Origin: Candidatus Bathyarchaeota archaeon
GTDB lineage: Archaea; Thermoproteota; Bathyarchaeia; Bathyarchaeales; Bathycorpusculaceae
DNA length: 64,000 bases
NCBI GenBank assembly: GCA_963811105.1
Contig: CAWEPZ010000001.1
Coordinates: 51,372-115,371 of the forward strand
Direction: 5' to 3'
In this document: positions 52,082-62,560 of the stretch, piece by piece
Position numbering within the stretch: the first letter of the stretch is position 1
Layout of the letters: each line of letters begins with the position of its first letter
Program-made: the position numbers and the translations under genes
The notes under the pieces: generated by a model
The model's input: only the letters and a program-made list of their open reading frames with translations
What the model was told of the DNA's origin: nothing
The model's database searches: none

Positions 52082-52414
52082 TTATAGTCCCCAGCTTTGT
52101 GTGATGTTTTGATGGGGCATGCTTTTCTTGTGTTTTTCTTTTTTCTTAGTGTTGCTCTTGAACCTGTTGATTTTGACCACGTTATTTTCCGCGGTAACCC
52201 AATGTGTGCTGTTTAGATTCTTGTGATGTACAAACTTTTTTACCATTATTGCCAATGAGTAAGTTGGAACATCTTCCTCATTTAGTTCCAAGCCTTTAGG
52301 AGTTATTGATGAATTTAATTTGAATTGGCTACGCAAGAAACTTGCGAGGTTTGTTTTCTCGGAGTCCAAATCAGCCATGTCAACTTTTACGACACCCTTA
52401 TGCTTAAACAGCAA
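52082..52414 (-). CDS. Basic small protein, possibly eL22 (L22e)-like
   Basis: VKVD....LASFL ... SL..MVKKFVHHKNL...WV......VKI.RF recalls eL22 (YL..LTKKYL....L....RV....Y.LRYF); judged by eye. Confidence 0.5.
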   Translation of the reverse strand: MLFKHKGVVKVDMADLDSEKTNLASFLRSQFKLNSSITPKGLELNEEDVPTYSLAIMVKKFVHHKNLNSTHWVTAENNVVKINRFKSNTKKKEKHKKSMPHQNITQSWGL

Positions 52415-52642
52415 GCTTCCACCTCTGTTTGTACTACTATATGGGCCTATTCTGTCTAATAAAAACTACTCAGTCTCGATTCAGAAGTAACACACCATTC
52501 CGCATATGAATCGGATGGCAGAAAAAACTGAAGATTATGTGGGGGGCATCTTGTTATTGACGAAAGCAATATGGACCATAATCCATAACTGAAACAGCCA
52601 GAAATTTCTGACTATGTGCCTGCTTGTTTGCTAGAGCTTTGG

Positions 52643-52765
52643 GCATCAACTATTCCTAGTACTTCAGTATTACCCTCCTCTACTCCCTCCGCACCTGAAT
52701 TTGACTTTGGAGTAGTCCTCTTCATTATGACATTTGTATCTCTTACGTTCATAATAATTCGGTGA
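52643..52765 (+). pseudogene. 3' remnant carrying a PEF-CTERM-like sorting tail
   Basis: ASTIPSTSVLPSSTPSAPEFDFGVVLFIMTFVSLTFIIIR*. Confidence 0.55.
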
Positions 52766-52814
52766 AAAGCGAAATATTTGAGTAAATTATAGGGCTTTCA
52801 TAGTTTGACATTGT

Positions 52815-53010
52815 TTAGCTTCTGTTTTTCTTGCCAGAATTTTTAAAAGGGGTTCGGGAGTTTTGGCAAAGAATGACTGCGATTTTTCGGTCTATCTCAT
52901 CGATGTTACCGCTCTCTAGCAGATTTTCGGCATATGTTTGACTGATTTTCTTTGGATTTTTTTCAGCGAGTGGTTTGATAATTAAGTTTTCGGGGTGTTC
53001 TATGTTTGCC
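52815..53010 (-). pseudogene. Lrp/AsnC-family regulator fragment
   Basis: NIDEIDRKIAVILCQNSRTPF (Lrp HTH start), then truncated. Confidence 0.65.
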
Positions 53011-53050
53011 GCTTCAGCCCAAATAAACGCGGACTGATGCAAATTACAAA

Positions 53051-53308
53051 TACAGCATAGCTTGGACACCAGACATCTCAGGCAACTACACAGTCGTTGC
53101 AAACTTCGCAGGCACAAACGGTTACTTCCCATCTGACTCGTCAACAACTTTCACCGTAATGAATGCAGAAGCAACACCTGCACCAACAACAATTAGTTCC
53201 CAAGCATCAATGACTGACACATACGTCTTAGCCTCAGCAATTGCCATAATCATCGCAATCGCCATAGTTGGCGCAGTACTAGCACTCTTAGTCAGAAAAC
53301 GGCCATAG
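53051..53308 (+). pseudogene. 3' remnant of a fourth PQQ-like surface-protein paralog
   Basis: YSIAWTPDISGNYTVVANFAGTNGYFPS...IAIIIAIAIVGAVLALLVRKRP* matches the C-termini of the three intact paralogs; T-rich tract follows. Confidence 0.88.
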
Positions 53309-53574
53309 ACAAAAAAAGGGAAACAAACTTTCCTCCCAACTTTCTTTTTCTTAATTATAGCCTCTATATTATTACTCTTGAAGTCATTGGGGCAAAACTA
53401 TTTTGGGGTTGATTCGGATTGCGGAAGACTTTTGTCCCCAAAGCCTTACTTCTGTGCGGATGAAAACATCTCGCTTAGGCTTAGTAGATGATGATGAGGG
53501 TGAAAAAACCAACCGATCATCATCTACCTTTACTAAGTTAAATTTGCCAATTGAGTCCTGCAGAAACGAAGGTC

Positions 53575-53920
53575 TAGTGCTCAGCTGTGGGTTTGGGATG
53601 CCACGCTTTCATTGATGGACGATAAAGAATGGGAATGGGGAACCGGCACAAACGTCTAATCTATTGCTGCAGGATACGTGAATAATGATGCGATTACCGA
53701 GATAGTTACTGGCGGTTACTACGGATACTCCGACTCTAATAGTCTTCCTGATTCTGCTCAGCTTTGCGAATGGTGGTTCTGGGCTTAGTCAGCTTCACCT
53801 TACTGATGTGGGGAGATGCTTTTTCTATTTTCTATTTATGTCGTAACGTGAGGCTCTAAAAGTTTAGACGAATCGACGATGACAGTCGTCAAGTTGCTCA
53901 GCTATGCGTTTGGGCGTGGT
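53575..53920 (+). pseudogene. Decayed FG-GAP/VCBS-like repeat protein fragments
   Basis: AQLWVW, SIAAGYVNNDAITEIVTGGYY, AQLCEW and AQLCVW pieces in broken frames. Confidence 0.5.
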
Positions 53921-54569
53921 AGATTGCTGCTTTGGCTTTGAAGGCTTGACGAACTGCAATGGTGGAACATATTTAGAGATGGCTAACGGTTCAGAACATT
54001 GCGAGGCTGATATGCGCTTCCCTCTGTCGTTGTGCGACAACAATAAACCTTACGCTCGTTTAAAATGAGCGACCCCCATCGGGTTTGGTTCTTGGTTTTT
54101 TTGGATAAGAATTTGCGTGTTTGGTATTTGCCGCTGAGTGCTGTTGAGAGCAATATTGTGGGGCGGTTGGGTTATGGCTGGAACCAGCTGCTTGTTAATC
54201 AAGCGCTTTTTTGCGGGTGGTTTTCGTTTAAGTTTGATTCGCATGTTACACGTGGTATTTTATTCATGTTTGAGGTGCAGCGGATGGGGTTAGTAGCTGA
54301 GGTTCATGAACGACGTTTCATGTGGGCATCTGCCTGAGTTCCCACTTGCTGAGGCAGCGTGATGTAGGTACCTGATAGGGATAAGGCGTCACTAAGCATG
54401 AGCAATTAGAAACTGTGACCAAATAAAACAATTCCAGCCCAAACGGAGATATCACCCGAAGACCAAAAGTTTAGTTGGCTTTTTGCGACGTTTGAGATAC
54501 CAGTCAAAATGAAGGGTTGCTCTGTTGATAAACTTCATAATATAAGGATGCCACCAACCAAAATATAGG

Positions 54570-55750
54570 GTTGGATTAAAATTTAATCCCAACCCAGCTC
54601 CAGCCGAAGACTTGCGTTTATTTCTCCATTTCAGGTTCAATTTTACCTGCTGAGCCAGCGTTCAATTAAAAAAAGGAAAAGGGTTGGTTTAAAACCAAGA
54701 TTTGCAGTTTGTTTAACTTGCTTGGAAGGTTGAATCAGGTATTGTTTGATTCACACTGATATTGAAAAGTGTGATAGCTTCTCCGGATGCATCAGTATAT
54801 GAATAATTTCCGCTTCCAGTCCAATTGGCAAGATTATTTAAGTAGCCTGTCCACTGGGTTCCCCACGAATTCCAATCAGCTGCAAAATCAGTAGATGCTA
54901 TCCATGTGACACCATTATCAGTACTGCTCCACGACTTCTGCTGACCTGCATTCAGGATATAGCTGTAGTTACCGGATGCGCCGCCTAAGATATCAATACG
55001 TATCGTTAGATTATTTGCATGTATATCCCTGCCTGCCCACTGATATTCTGCCGTTGTTCCCTGACTTGTAACGTTGGCGCTAAATTGCAAATTGGTTGCA
55101 GCCGCAACACTAACTGGAGGAGTGGATTGTCCCTTGTTTCCGCCATTATTGAGGTATATGTATGAAGCCGTACCAGCAACAACAATGACGACTACTAAGA
55201 CTGCGATTACAATGTATGTTGTTTTTTTATTCACTTGAATCACCAAAATCTTTTGCAGTATTCTTTTTAGCTGAAAGGCAATATTAAGCTTTTCCAAGTG
55301 CTCGGCTTTGAGGCAAACCTCAGCTTCTGCGCCAGCAAAAACTCCTCCGAACTTTGTAGTTAGGAGTAAGCGTTGGTAAGTCATGTTTATTCCAAAACCA
55401 TCGTAAGAAGAATCGTAGCGAAAGCTTTTTCGCAATTGAATCGCTTGTTGAGGAGCAAGTACATCAGATACTATGAAGTTCAGATTCACCGTTGATCCTT
55501 TGTATAGGCTAAAAGATTCAAGGTTACATTGTAAGCAGGTGCGTTTCCGTTGTTGGTGACAGCGCAGCTTAGTTGGATCATGGCAATGGGAAATAGGTTT
55601 TTGCTTCCATAGTCATAGGTTGAGATGTTTATTGCTACTACTTTTGGAAGTTCGATAGCAGGTGACACACTGTATTTTGGAGTAATCTTCGATGTAGTCA
55701 TGTTAATTTGGTTGGATTAAATTTTAATCCCCAAACCCGCTTCATCTGCA
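54570..55750 (+). repeat. Imperfect direct repeat from two decayed paralog fragments (54570-54606 and 55711-55750)
   Basis: GTTGGATTAAAATTTAATCCCAACCC versus GTTGGATTAAATTTTAATCCCCAAACCC. Confidence 0.55.
54713..55234 (-). CDS. Membrane-anchored secreted protein
   Basis: Start refined to GTG MNKKTTYIVIAVLVVVIVVAG; canonical GGAAAAGCTTAATA BRE/TATA upstream; ends IPDSTFQAS. Confidence 0.8.
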   Translation of the reverse strand: MNKKTTYIVIAVLVVVIVVAGTASYIYLNNGGNKGQSTPPVSVAAATNLQFSANVTSQGTTAEYQWAGRDIHANNLTIRIDILGGASGNYSYILNAGQQKSWSSTDNGVTWIASTDFAADWNSWGTQWTGYLNNLANWTGSGNYSYTDASGEAITLFNISVNQTIPDSTFQAS

Positions 55751-55808
55751 TATAGATTGTCTTTTATTCGAAACCTCTTAAATTAGTTTAATCTCTTGGA
55801 CGCTTGCG

Positions 55809-56069
55809 GTGGCTTCCTTGCCTACAAGAAAAGAAAATAAAGGGCAAAAAGTTGAAAGTGAGCAAACGATTTCCAAGGAAAAGAAAGCTGAAGAATCATC
55901 CAAAAAGCAGGCTGCTCTCATTGACCTTAGTCCTGACGCTATAATTGTAAAGAACATGGATGAAACGATAACTTTCTGGAATAAGGGTGCAGAAAACTCT
56001 ACGGTTACACAAAACAAGACAACGATTGCTTTATTGTATCAATTAGCAAATAAAACTTGTGCAGTCTAA
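55809..56069 (+). pseudogene. PAS-domain sensor fragment
   Basis: KKAEE...QAALIDLSPDAIIVKNMDETITFWNKGAE, then frame loss. Confidence 0.75.
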
Positions 56070-56245
56070 ACTGAAGGTGTTTTTAGTTTGCTGTTTGGGT
56101 TTGCTGAGGCTCTGAAAGCCCCGGAAAAGAAAGAGGAATTTCGGGAAAATTTCTTAATTGCATGTTGACAGAGCCTACTCATCATCTGGTTTGTATTATT
56201 ATGTGGTCAAAGAAAGGGGGAAAGTAGGTTTTAGTGGTTTGTTGG

Positions 56246-58894
56246 TTAGCGTTTTCTAAGTATGAGAATTGTGGCGATGGCAACTGAAACAATTACTACG
56301 ATTGCTAATCCTATTCCTACCGATAAGATTGACATTGAATAGTCTGGTGCAGGTTGAGCTGGTGCGGCGGTCACAGTCGCTGATGGTGTGCCGATTGAAA
56401 TTGCAGTAGCTGCGGATGAGCTACCGTAAGAGTCGTCTCCTGCGAAGGATGCTATGATTTTGTAGTCGCCAGGGATTGTAGGGGTCCATGTTTTGCTGAA
56501 GGTGCCATAGTATCCGTCTGAGGTTACTGTTCCGATTGTTATGTAATTGCCGTTAGGATCGAGAGCTGAAAGAGTTACTGGGACACCAGTTATTGTTTCA
56601 TTATGGTAAATGCCATCGATGGGGTATTGCATGTGAAGGTATTGCATTTGTGTGGTCATGGATGCTGCTGACACGCATGGGGTTCCTGACTGAGCTGGAG
56701 ATTCATCTAGTACTGTGCCCTGTATGACTATTCCGTTTCCTTGTGGAAGCACTACATTTGGCGCGGTTACTGTTGTTGCGCTTAATCCCTTGCCAAAGGC
56801 ATAATTGTAGCCGGTTTCAGAGCTGGATGCAATTAGATAGCCGTCTGCTGCTGCAGATGGTGTGGCATCTCCTACGATTTTCCAAATGCCCTCGCCTGTG
56901 GTGATGTTGATGCAGTGAAGTTGCCATCCTCTTGTTAGTGGCCAGCTGGGTGTGTGTTCACTGTTCGCGACATATAGTTTTCCGTCAGCAATCCAGCCTC
57001 CTGAATTGAAACTGTATTGGGCCGTGCCGTTTTCGTAGTATGGGGTTTCCCATTGGTTTAGAGTTGGAGCCATGTAATGCCATGCGATGCTTCCGTCAGT
57101 CCAATTGAAAGCCCAGACTCCGTCGTAGCTGAAACGGTAGAATAAGCCGTAAGCCGAGGCTACAGCGTAAGCTCCGAAGCTGTTAGCTCCCCAAGGATAA
57201 TCCATTCTTGGAGTTGTCCATTTCAAAGCTCCAGTTCTTAAATCGTAGCCTTGCCAAGTGCCTAAAATCGTTAATATCGCGATTGTACCATGATCTGTGA
57301 TGTAGTCTGATCGGCTGTATGTTGGTGTCGTTACGTTTTTTGACCACAGTGCATTGCCGCTTAGTATGTCGTAGGCTGTTAAGACGAATCCTCCATAGGT
57401 TGCCGTGGTGTTGAGTTGTTCGTAAGCGTCTACTTGCATCCATATACCAGTAGTGAAATCGATCTGTACATCGCCGCTGTAGCGGTCGGTATCGTTAACG
57501 ACTCCTGCCCCGAAGTAAGTGGCTCTGCCTGCTGGCGAATAAGTGGTGTTTGTTAATATTCTGCCAGCGAGAGTGCTGGAGGTTCCTTGGGTAGTCCAGT
57601 TGATCAGGTTGTATTGAGTCCGTGTGGAAGTGCTAAGATTCTGAACAGCTATTGACATGCCGCCGTACTGGTTGTAGAAGTAGTTGTAGGCTACTCCTGT
57701 GTTCACTGGAGAAATTGAGTAATTTGTGACTGCTCCGGTATATGGGTTGGTTTTGTATAACGTGGTGCCACTAATGTCAATGAGTTCTGCTGACCATGAA
57801 ATTTGCGCTAGTTCGCCTAAAATTGTTGATGATGCTACTGGTGGGTAGTATACGACTTCAGTTGGGGTGTGTCCGCCTGATGCTGTTGGTATTTCATAGT
57901 ATACTTGGCCTGTTCGCAGATTATAGCTGGCGGCTACTTGTCCTACTCCTGGCTTATTGTAAGTTTGATAGCATCTTCCTTGATATATTACCGAGGGGTT
58001 TCCAGGACTGGATGTCATGCCATAAATGCCTGTGGGTCCTCCGATTAAGCCGGCAATAGCATGCTCTTGCTTCCATACAATGTGGGGGGTGTTTGGTGCT
58101 TCAATCCAGGGGTGGAAGTTGTAGTTAGCTGCATAATGGATGTTTGTGTTTGGGTAGAGTGCGTCCCATGTGGCTCCTCCTCCTTGATAGCCGTCTTGTG
58201 GCCAGTCTCCTAGAATTGGCCACCATTCTCTGTTAGCTAGTGAGACGGGTCGGGTCCAGTAGTCGTTTGGAAGCGCGGCTGGTGGCCATGAGTTTACATT
58301 TTCGCTTTGCACGGTTAGATTCTGCCAGTCAGTTGAAGATGGTTTATAATAGACGTTGCCAAACTCTGATAATCCAGTGGTCCCGCTAGAACCTAAGCTT
58401 CCAGTGTAGCTTGATGCATTTACGATATAGCCTTGATAATATAGGCCTTTAGGAAAGTAATCGCCGCTGAAGACGAACTTGAGTCTCCATGTGCCAACCT
58501 GGTCCACATTGTATTCAAACCAAGATGTACCGTCACCTTGATAAGAGTTCAATGGGCCGACAGTATCTGTGGTTCCATCCGGCTTCTGAATGTATACGGT
58601 AAAGTTGTTAAAGAATTGCATGTTGTTTATAGACGGGGTACACCAGATATTTACTAGAAGGGGCTGGCCGAGTCCTATTGGGTTTGGCCTAAAGCTCAGG
58701 CGAGCTTCTTCATCGATCACTTGATCTATCGGAACGCCAGTTGGCTGAGGTCCTGGAATAGCGCTTCCCGCTCCAACAGGTGCTCCGCCGTGGTTAAGTT
58801 CTTCTTGAGCTTTAGCCTGAAAAGGAGCAACCGAGATGCAAGTCATCAAAAGAACAGCAATGATTAGCATTGTCATCAATAACGCTTTTTTCAT
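56246..58894 (-). CDS. PQQ-like beta-propeller cell-surface protein, paralog 2
   Basis: Signal peptide; same conserved blocks as 37555-40200; C-terminal TM plus RKR. Confidence 0.9.
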   Translation of the reverse strand: MKKALLMTMLIIAVLLMTCISVAPFQAKAQEELNHGGAPVGAGSAIPGPQPTGVPIDQVIDEEARLSFRPNPIGLGQPLLVNIWCTPSINNMQFFNNFTVYIQKPDGTTDTVGPLNSYQGDGTSWFEYNVDQVGTWRLKFVFSGDYFPKGLYYQGYIVNASSYTGSLGSSGTTGLSEFGNVYYKPSSTDWQNLTVQSENVNSWPPAALPNDYWTRPVSLANREWWPILGDWPQDGYQGGGATWDALYPNTNIHYAANYNFHPWIEAPNTPHIVWKQEHAIAGLIGGPTGIYGMTSSPGNPSVIYQGRCYQTYNKPGVGQVAASYNLRTGQVYYEIPTASGGHTPTEVVYYPPVASSTILGELAQISWSAELIDISGTTLYKTNPYTGAVTNYSISPVNTGVAYNYFYNQYGGMSIAVQNLSTSTRTQYNLINWTTQGTSSTLAGRILTNTTYSPAGRATYFGAGVVNDTDRYSGDVQIDFTTGIWMQVDAYEQLNTTATYGGFVLTAYDILSGNALWSKNVTTPTYSRSDYITDHGTIAILTILGTWQGYDLRTGALKWTTPRMDYPWGANSFGAYAVASAYGLFYRFSYDGVWAFNWTDGSIAWHYMAPTLNQWETPYYENGTAQYSFNSGGWIADGKLYVANSEHTPSWPLTRGWQLHCINITTGEGIWKIVGDATPSAAADGYLIASSSETGYNYAFGKGLSATTVTAPNVVLPQGNGIVIQGTVLDESPAQSGTPCVSAASMTTQMQYLHMQYPIDGIYHNETITGVPVTLSALDPNGNYITIGTVTSDGYYGTFSKTWTPTIPGDYKIIASFAGDDSYGSSSAATAISIGTPSATVTAAPAQPAPDYSMSILSVGIGLAIVVIVSVAIATILILRKR

Positions 58895-59233
58895 TCTCTT
58901 TTATTCTCCTTTAATTTAAAAGTAAGTGCTTTTCGAAGAAGCGTCTAGCTATCAACGATGAGCACTTGCCTCAATTAACTTATTGAGCGAATCGTATATA
59001 TTATTATAGTGGAAAGTTGCCGCTAACTTGCAGCGCTAAGTTGATAATGCCATTGAAGGACAAGGAATATGCTAAAAATTGTGCCTCTGAAAAGAGAAGG
59101 ATTGTGCGGGAGATTTTGCCACTTTAATCTTATAGAAGCAATAAAAGACCACGTGAGTTTTCAATATCTTATTTTGAAAAAAAGGGAAAAGTTGCGGAGA
59201 AACTGAGTTTGTTAGCGACATCGCCTCTTTCAC

Positions 59234-59256
59234 TGGGGTTCGAATCCCTTCCCCGG
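59234..59256 (+). repeat. 23-bp tRNA-3'-like direct repeat, copy 1
   Basis: TGGGGTTCGAATCCCTTCCCCGG, identical to 62515-62537. Confidence 0.9.
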
Positions 59257-59495
59257 CAACAATAACTTGGTATAATTGATTTAAACCGCCAATGGGCAAT
59301 TCCTTGGATGAACACTATTGGAAACAAGAGCGAATTAAAAGATGTTTGCTGAGGCTCACTAATAAGGAGATAAAGAATTGAAAATCTCGGAACATAACGC
59401 AATCGTTTTAAGTAACAAATTTTGAGCCTTCTCAGCCCCTTCCAAAGCATCAAAAAAAATAAAAAAGGAAAAGGTATGGTTTTTGGTTTTCATTT

Positions 59496-62108
59496 TCATG
59501 CTCGTTTTCTAATTATCAGTACTGTGGCTATGGCTAGCGCAATGATTATAGCGATTCCTACAGCTACTATATAGGTCATTACATCGGTTGCGGTTGCTAG
59601 GTTTAAAGGTGCAGATGTTGGCGTATTAGTCACCGTTGGCGCGTTGACGACGTTTGCGTGTGTTTCTGCATATGAGCTGCCGTAGGAATTGCTGCCTGCA
59701 AATGTTGCGGTAATCTGGTAGTTACCCGAGATCGCTGGTGTCCACGTGAATGCATATGTTCCGCTCATGTCACTTGTTGCATCACCAATATGTACTGGGT
59801 TGCCGTTAGGGTCAATAGCATCGATGGAAACTGGAACACCTTGTGCATTAGGTATGGGGGCTTGTTGGTATAGGTAATTCATCCATGCGCTCATTGATGA
59901 ATCGGAAATGCATGGAGTCCCTGGTTGTCCTGGTGAATTGTCTAAGACTGTTCCAGAAATTATTGCGTTTTGTCCAACTGTAATTTGTATTTGTGGCGCT
60001 GAAACTGTAGTTATGCTTGGTCCTTTACCGATAACATACATGTAACCGTCATACATGTTGCCTGCTGTTAAGTATCCGTCCGATATTCCACCTGGACTCC
60101 AATAGCCAGTGAAGTTCCACATTCCTTCACCATTAGTGATGTTGACACAGTTCAAAGTCCAACCTCTTGTTATTGGCAATGAAGGAGTGTGCTCATCTGT
60201 GTAAGTGTAAAGTTTTCCGTCAGCAATTTGCATACCACTGCTGCCTCCAGAGTTGAAAGAGAAGGAATAGACTGATGAACCGTTTTCATTGGTGTATGGT
60301 GTTTCAAATGGCGGGGCTGTTTCTTCGAACTTCCAAGCGATTTTGCCGTCAGTCCAGTTGAAAGCATAGACGCCATCATAGCCTTCACGGAAGAACAGGC
60401 CGTACGCAGATTGTATAGTGTATCCGCCAAAGCTGGATGCAGACCAAGGATAAGTCATCTCGTCGCTTTGCCATACTTGTGCGCCTGTGGCTAAGTCAAA
60501 TCCTAAGAAATACCCTTTTTCCGTCAGTACTGCAAGGATGCCGTGGTCAGCAATGTCGGTACTTGCACTGTATTGGTTTACGGGGACTGTTTTGTTCCAA
60601 AGCATTTCGCCTGTGGTTAATTTGTAGCCTGTTATAATTATTTGGTTTGCTACACCAGTTGTGCTGTCTGAAACAGCGCTTACAGTAGCTCCGATGCCAA
60701 CATTATAGTCAATTAGAGAAGGTAAACTGCTCCGTGGATAAGTCGTGTTGCTAATTATTCTATCAGCAAAGTTAGTGTTAGTTCCCGCTGTAGTCCAGTT
60801 GATTAAACGGTAGTTTCCGCCGCCTAAATTCTGAACGTATAAGACGTACTCGTTCATGTAATAGGTTCCGCCGCTGCCTGTTAATGGCGAAATTGAAACG
60901 TTGGTCGTTATTGCGCCAGAGTATGGATTGATTTTTAGAAGGTATCCGTTGCTGATTGAAATAAGTTCTGTTGAGACACTTGCTCCTGCTGTTCCGCCAG
61001 GTACTGCTGGTTTGCCTGAAATTGTTGAGTATGTTGATGTGTATGCAATTATGTTGGGTGTAACTCCGCCGTCTGTTGTTGGAATGTCATAGTATATTTT
61101 TCCAGTTTGTAAGTCATAGCATTCTGCGACACTGCCGGGTAAGCTACGGTATGTTCCATTGATTAATTGAGTTGTTGTTTTAGTAACTGTTTGGTAGCAT
61201 CTTCCGGCATAGATTACGCTGGGTGTACTTACGCTGTCAAGTTGGCTGTATTGTCCTGCTGGAGAGCCTCCGATTAATCCGTCTACTGCTTCTAATTGTC
61301 TCCAAAGTACATGTGCGCTGTTTGGTGCTTGAACCCATGGAATGAAGGCGTAATTGTTACTCCAAGCTGGATTATTGCCTGGGTAAAGCTGGTCCCATAT
61401 TGGTCCGCCACCTACATAACCAGTGGCTGGGTAGTTTCCTGCTATTACCCACCATTCTCTATTGTTTGGTGAGATTGGCTGTGTCCAGTAGTCTGTTGGA
61501 AGCGGTGAATACCATGACATCACTTGGTCTTGTTGAACAGTTAAGTTTTGAACTGGTGTAGAACTGGGTTTGTAATAGCAATCTTGTTGGAAGTTCACAT
61601 AAGTAACGGTTGATGCAGAGTAAAGTGCTGAACCTGGTGCTATGGTGTAGTTACCAGAAGGGAAATATCCACCTGGGAAGTCAAATTGGAACGAGTAGTT
61701 ACCAACTTGATCAACTGGGTATTCTAAATAAGCTGTTGCATCTCCGGCAAAAGAATTTAGTGTCTTAACATCTTGAGTTCCGTCGGGCTTCGTAATTGTT
61801 ATTGTGTATCCTGTGAAATATCTGCTCACATGTAATGGCGGTACGATCCATACGTTTATCAGTACATCTTGGTTGACTCCAATGGGGTTAGGTGAAATGC
61901 TAAGAAAAGCTCTAGTGTCAATTGTTTCACTGGCAGTAACACCTGAGGGTAATGTTGCTGAACCTCCAGTTTGCAAATTTGTCGGAGTAACGCCAGAAGG
62001 CAGAGATGATTGAGCTTTTGTGGGCATTGCCATGAATGTTACGGTAGCCATTAATAAAAGCAGAATAATTGTTGCTGTAGTTTTCAGTTTTGATGTTTGT
62101 TTGTTCAT
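59496..62108 (-). CDS. PQQ-like beta-propeller cell-surface protein, paralog 3
   Basis: Signal peptide; CYDLQTG, EHTPS.P.TRGW, PCISDSSMS; C-terminal TM plus RKRA. Confidence 0.9.
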   Translation of the reverse strand: MNKQTSKLKTTATIILLLLMATVTFMAMPTKAQSSLPSGVTPTNLQTGGSATLPSGVTASETIDTRAFLSISPNPIGVNQDVLINVWIVPPLHVSRYFTGYTITITKPDGTQDVKTLNSFAGDATAYLEYPVDQVGNYSFQFDFPGGYFPSGNYTIAPGSALYSASTVTYVNFQQDCYYKPSSTPVQNLTVQQDQVMSWYSPLPTDYWTQPISPNNREWWVIAGNYPATGYVGGGPIWDQLYPGNNPAWSNNYAFIPWVQAPNSAHVLWRQLEAVDGLIGGSPAGQYSQLDSVSTPSVIYAGRCYQTVTKTTTQLINGTYRSLPGSVAECYDLQTGKIYYDIPTTDGGVTPNIIAYTSTYSTISGKPAVPGGTAGASVSTELISISNGYLLKINPYSGAITTNVSISPLTGSGGTYYMNEYVLYVQNLGGGNYRLINWTTAGTNTNFADRIISNTTYPRSSLPSLIDYNVGIGATVSAVSDSTTGVANQIIITGYKLTTGEMLWNKTVPVNQYSASTDIADHGILAVLTEKGYFLGFDLATGAQVWQSDEMTYPWSASSFGGYTIQSAYGLFFREGYDGVYAFNWTDGKIAWKFEETAPPFETPYTNENGSSVYSFSFNSGGSSGMQIADGKLYTYTDEHTPSLPITRGWTLNCVNITNGEGMWNFTGYWSPGGISDGYLTAGNMYDGYMYVIGKGPSITTVSAPQIQITVGQNAIISGTVLDNSPGQPGTPCISDSSMSAWMNYLYQQAPIPNAQGVPVSIDAIDPNGNPVHIGDATSDMSGTYAFTWTPAISGNYQITATFAGSNSYGSSYAETHANVVNAPTVTNTPTSAPLNLATATDVMTYIVAVGIAIIIALAIATVLIIRKRA

Positions 62109-62236
62109 TCTTGTTTTTCTCCATTAGTTTTTGTCTTTGGCATAAGTTCATGAAACAATAATATAGGGTTTTGGCTTTGGCGACGTTTTTTGTTTTCATT
62201 CTTTGGTTCATGCAAATGCCGTCTATGCTGGGTTTT

Positions 62237-62443
62237 CTATGTCGCAAAATACAGCCTGCCGGTGTCAGCAGGTATTGAGTGTTTGAACCCCAACTTTTCC
62301 AGGTTGAGGCTGTCAACGAATGCGTCAATGAACCTGACTGGGTTTTCTCTTTCAACGTACTTGTCGATTGTGCTTGGGAATAGCACTGGCTGGTCTCTGT
62401 GGGTCTCAAACCGATAAGAGTTCAAAACCTGTTTTTTCTTCAT
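62237..62443 (-). mobile_element. IS1182-family transposase N-terminal fragment
   Basis: RDQPVLFPSTIDKYVERENPVRFIDAFVDSLNLEKLGF......TGR, truncated. Confidence 0.8.
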
Positions 62444-62514
62444 GATTGTTAGTTCCTTCGTTCTACCGCTATTATTAAAAGAAAGCGAGCAAAATTTAGC
62501 GTTTACTAGTAAAT

Positions 62515-62542
62515 TGGGGTTCGAATCCCTTCCCCGGTGCCA
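62515..62542 (+). repeat. 23-bp tRNA-3'-like direct repeat, copy 2 (extends to TGCCA)
   Basis: TGGGGTTCGAATCCCTTCCCCGGTGCCA, ~20 bp from the end of the integrase remnant. Confidence 0.9.
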
Positions 62543-62560
62543 TAAACATCAAATTGGGGA

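Noticed and set aside
26339-62542. Complete tRNA genes at the GTTCRAATCC-like sites
   Set aside because: I could not build a 5' acceptor strand, D-arm or anticodon arm upstream of any of them; they are only 3' fragments.
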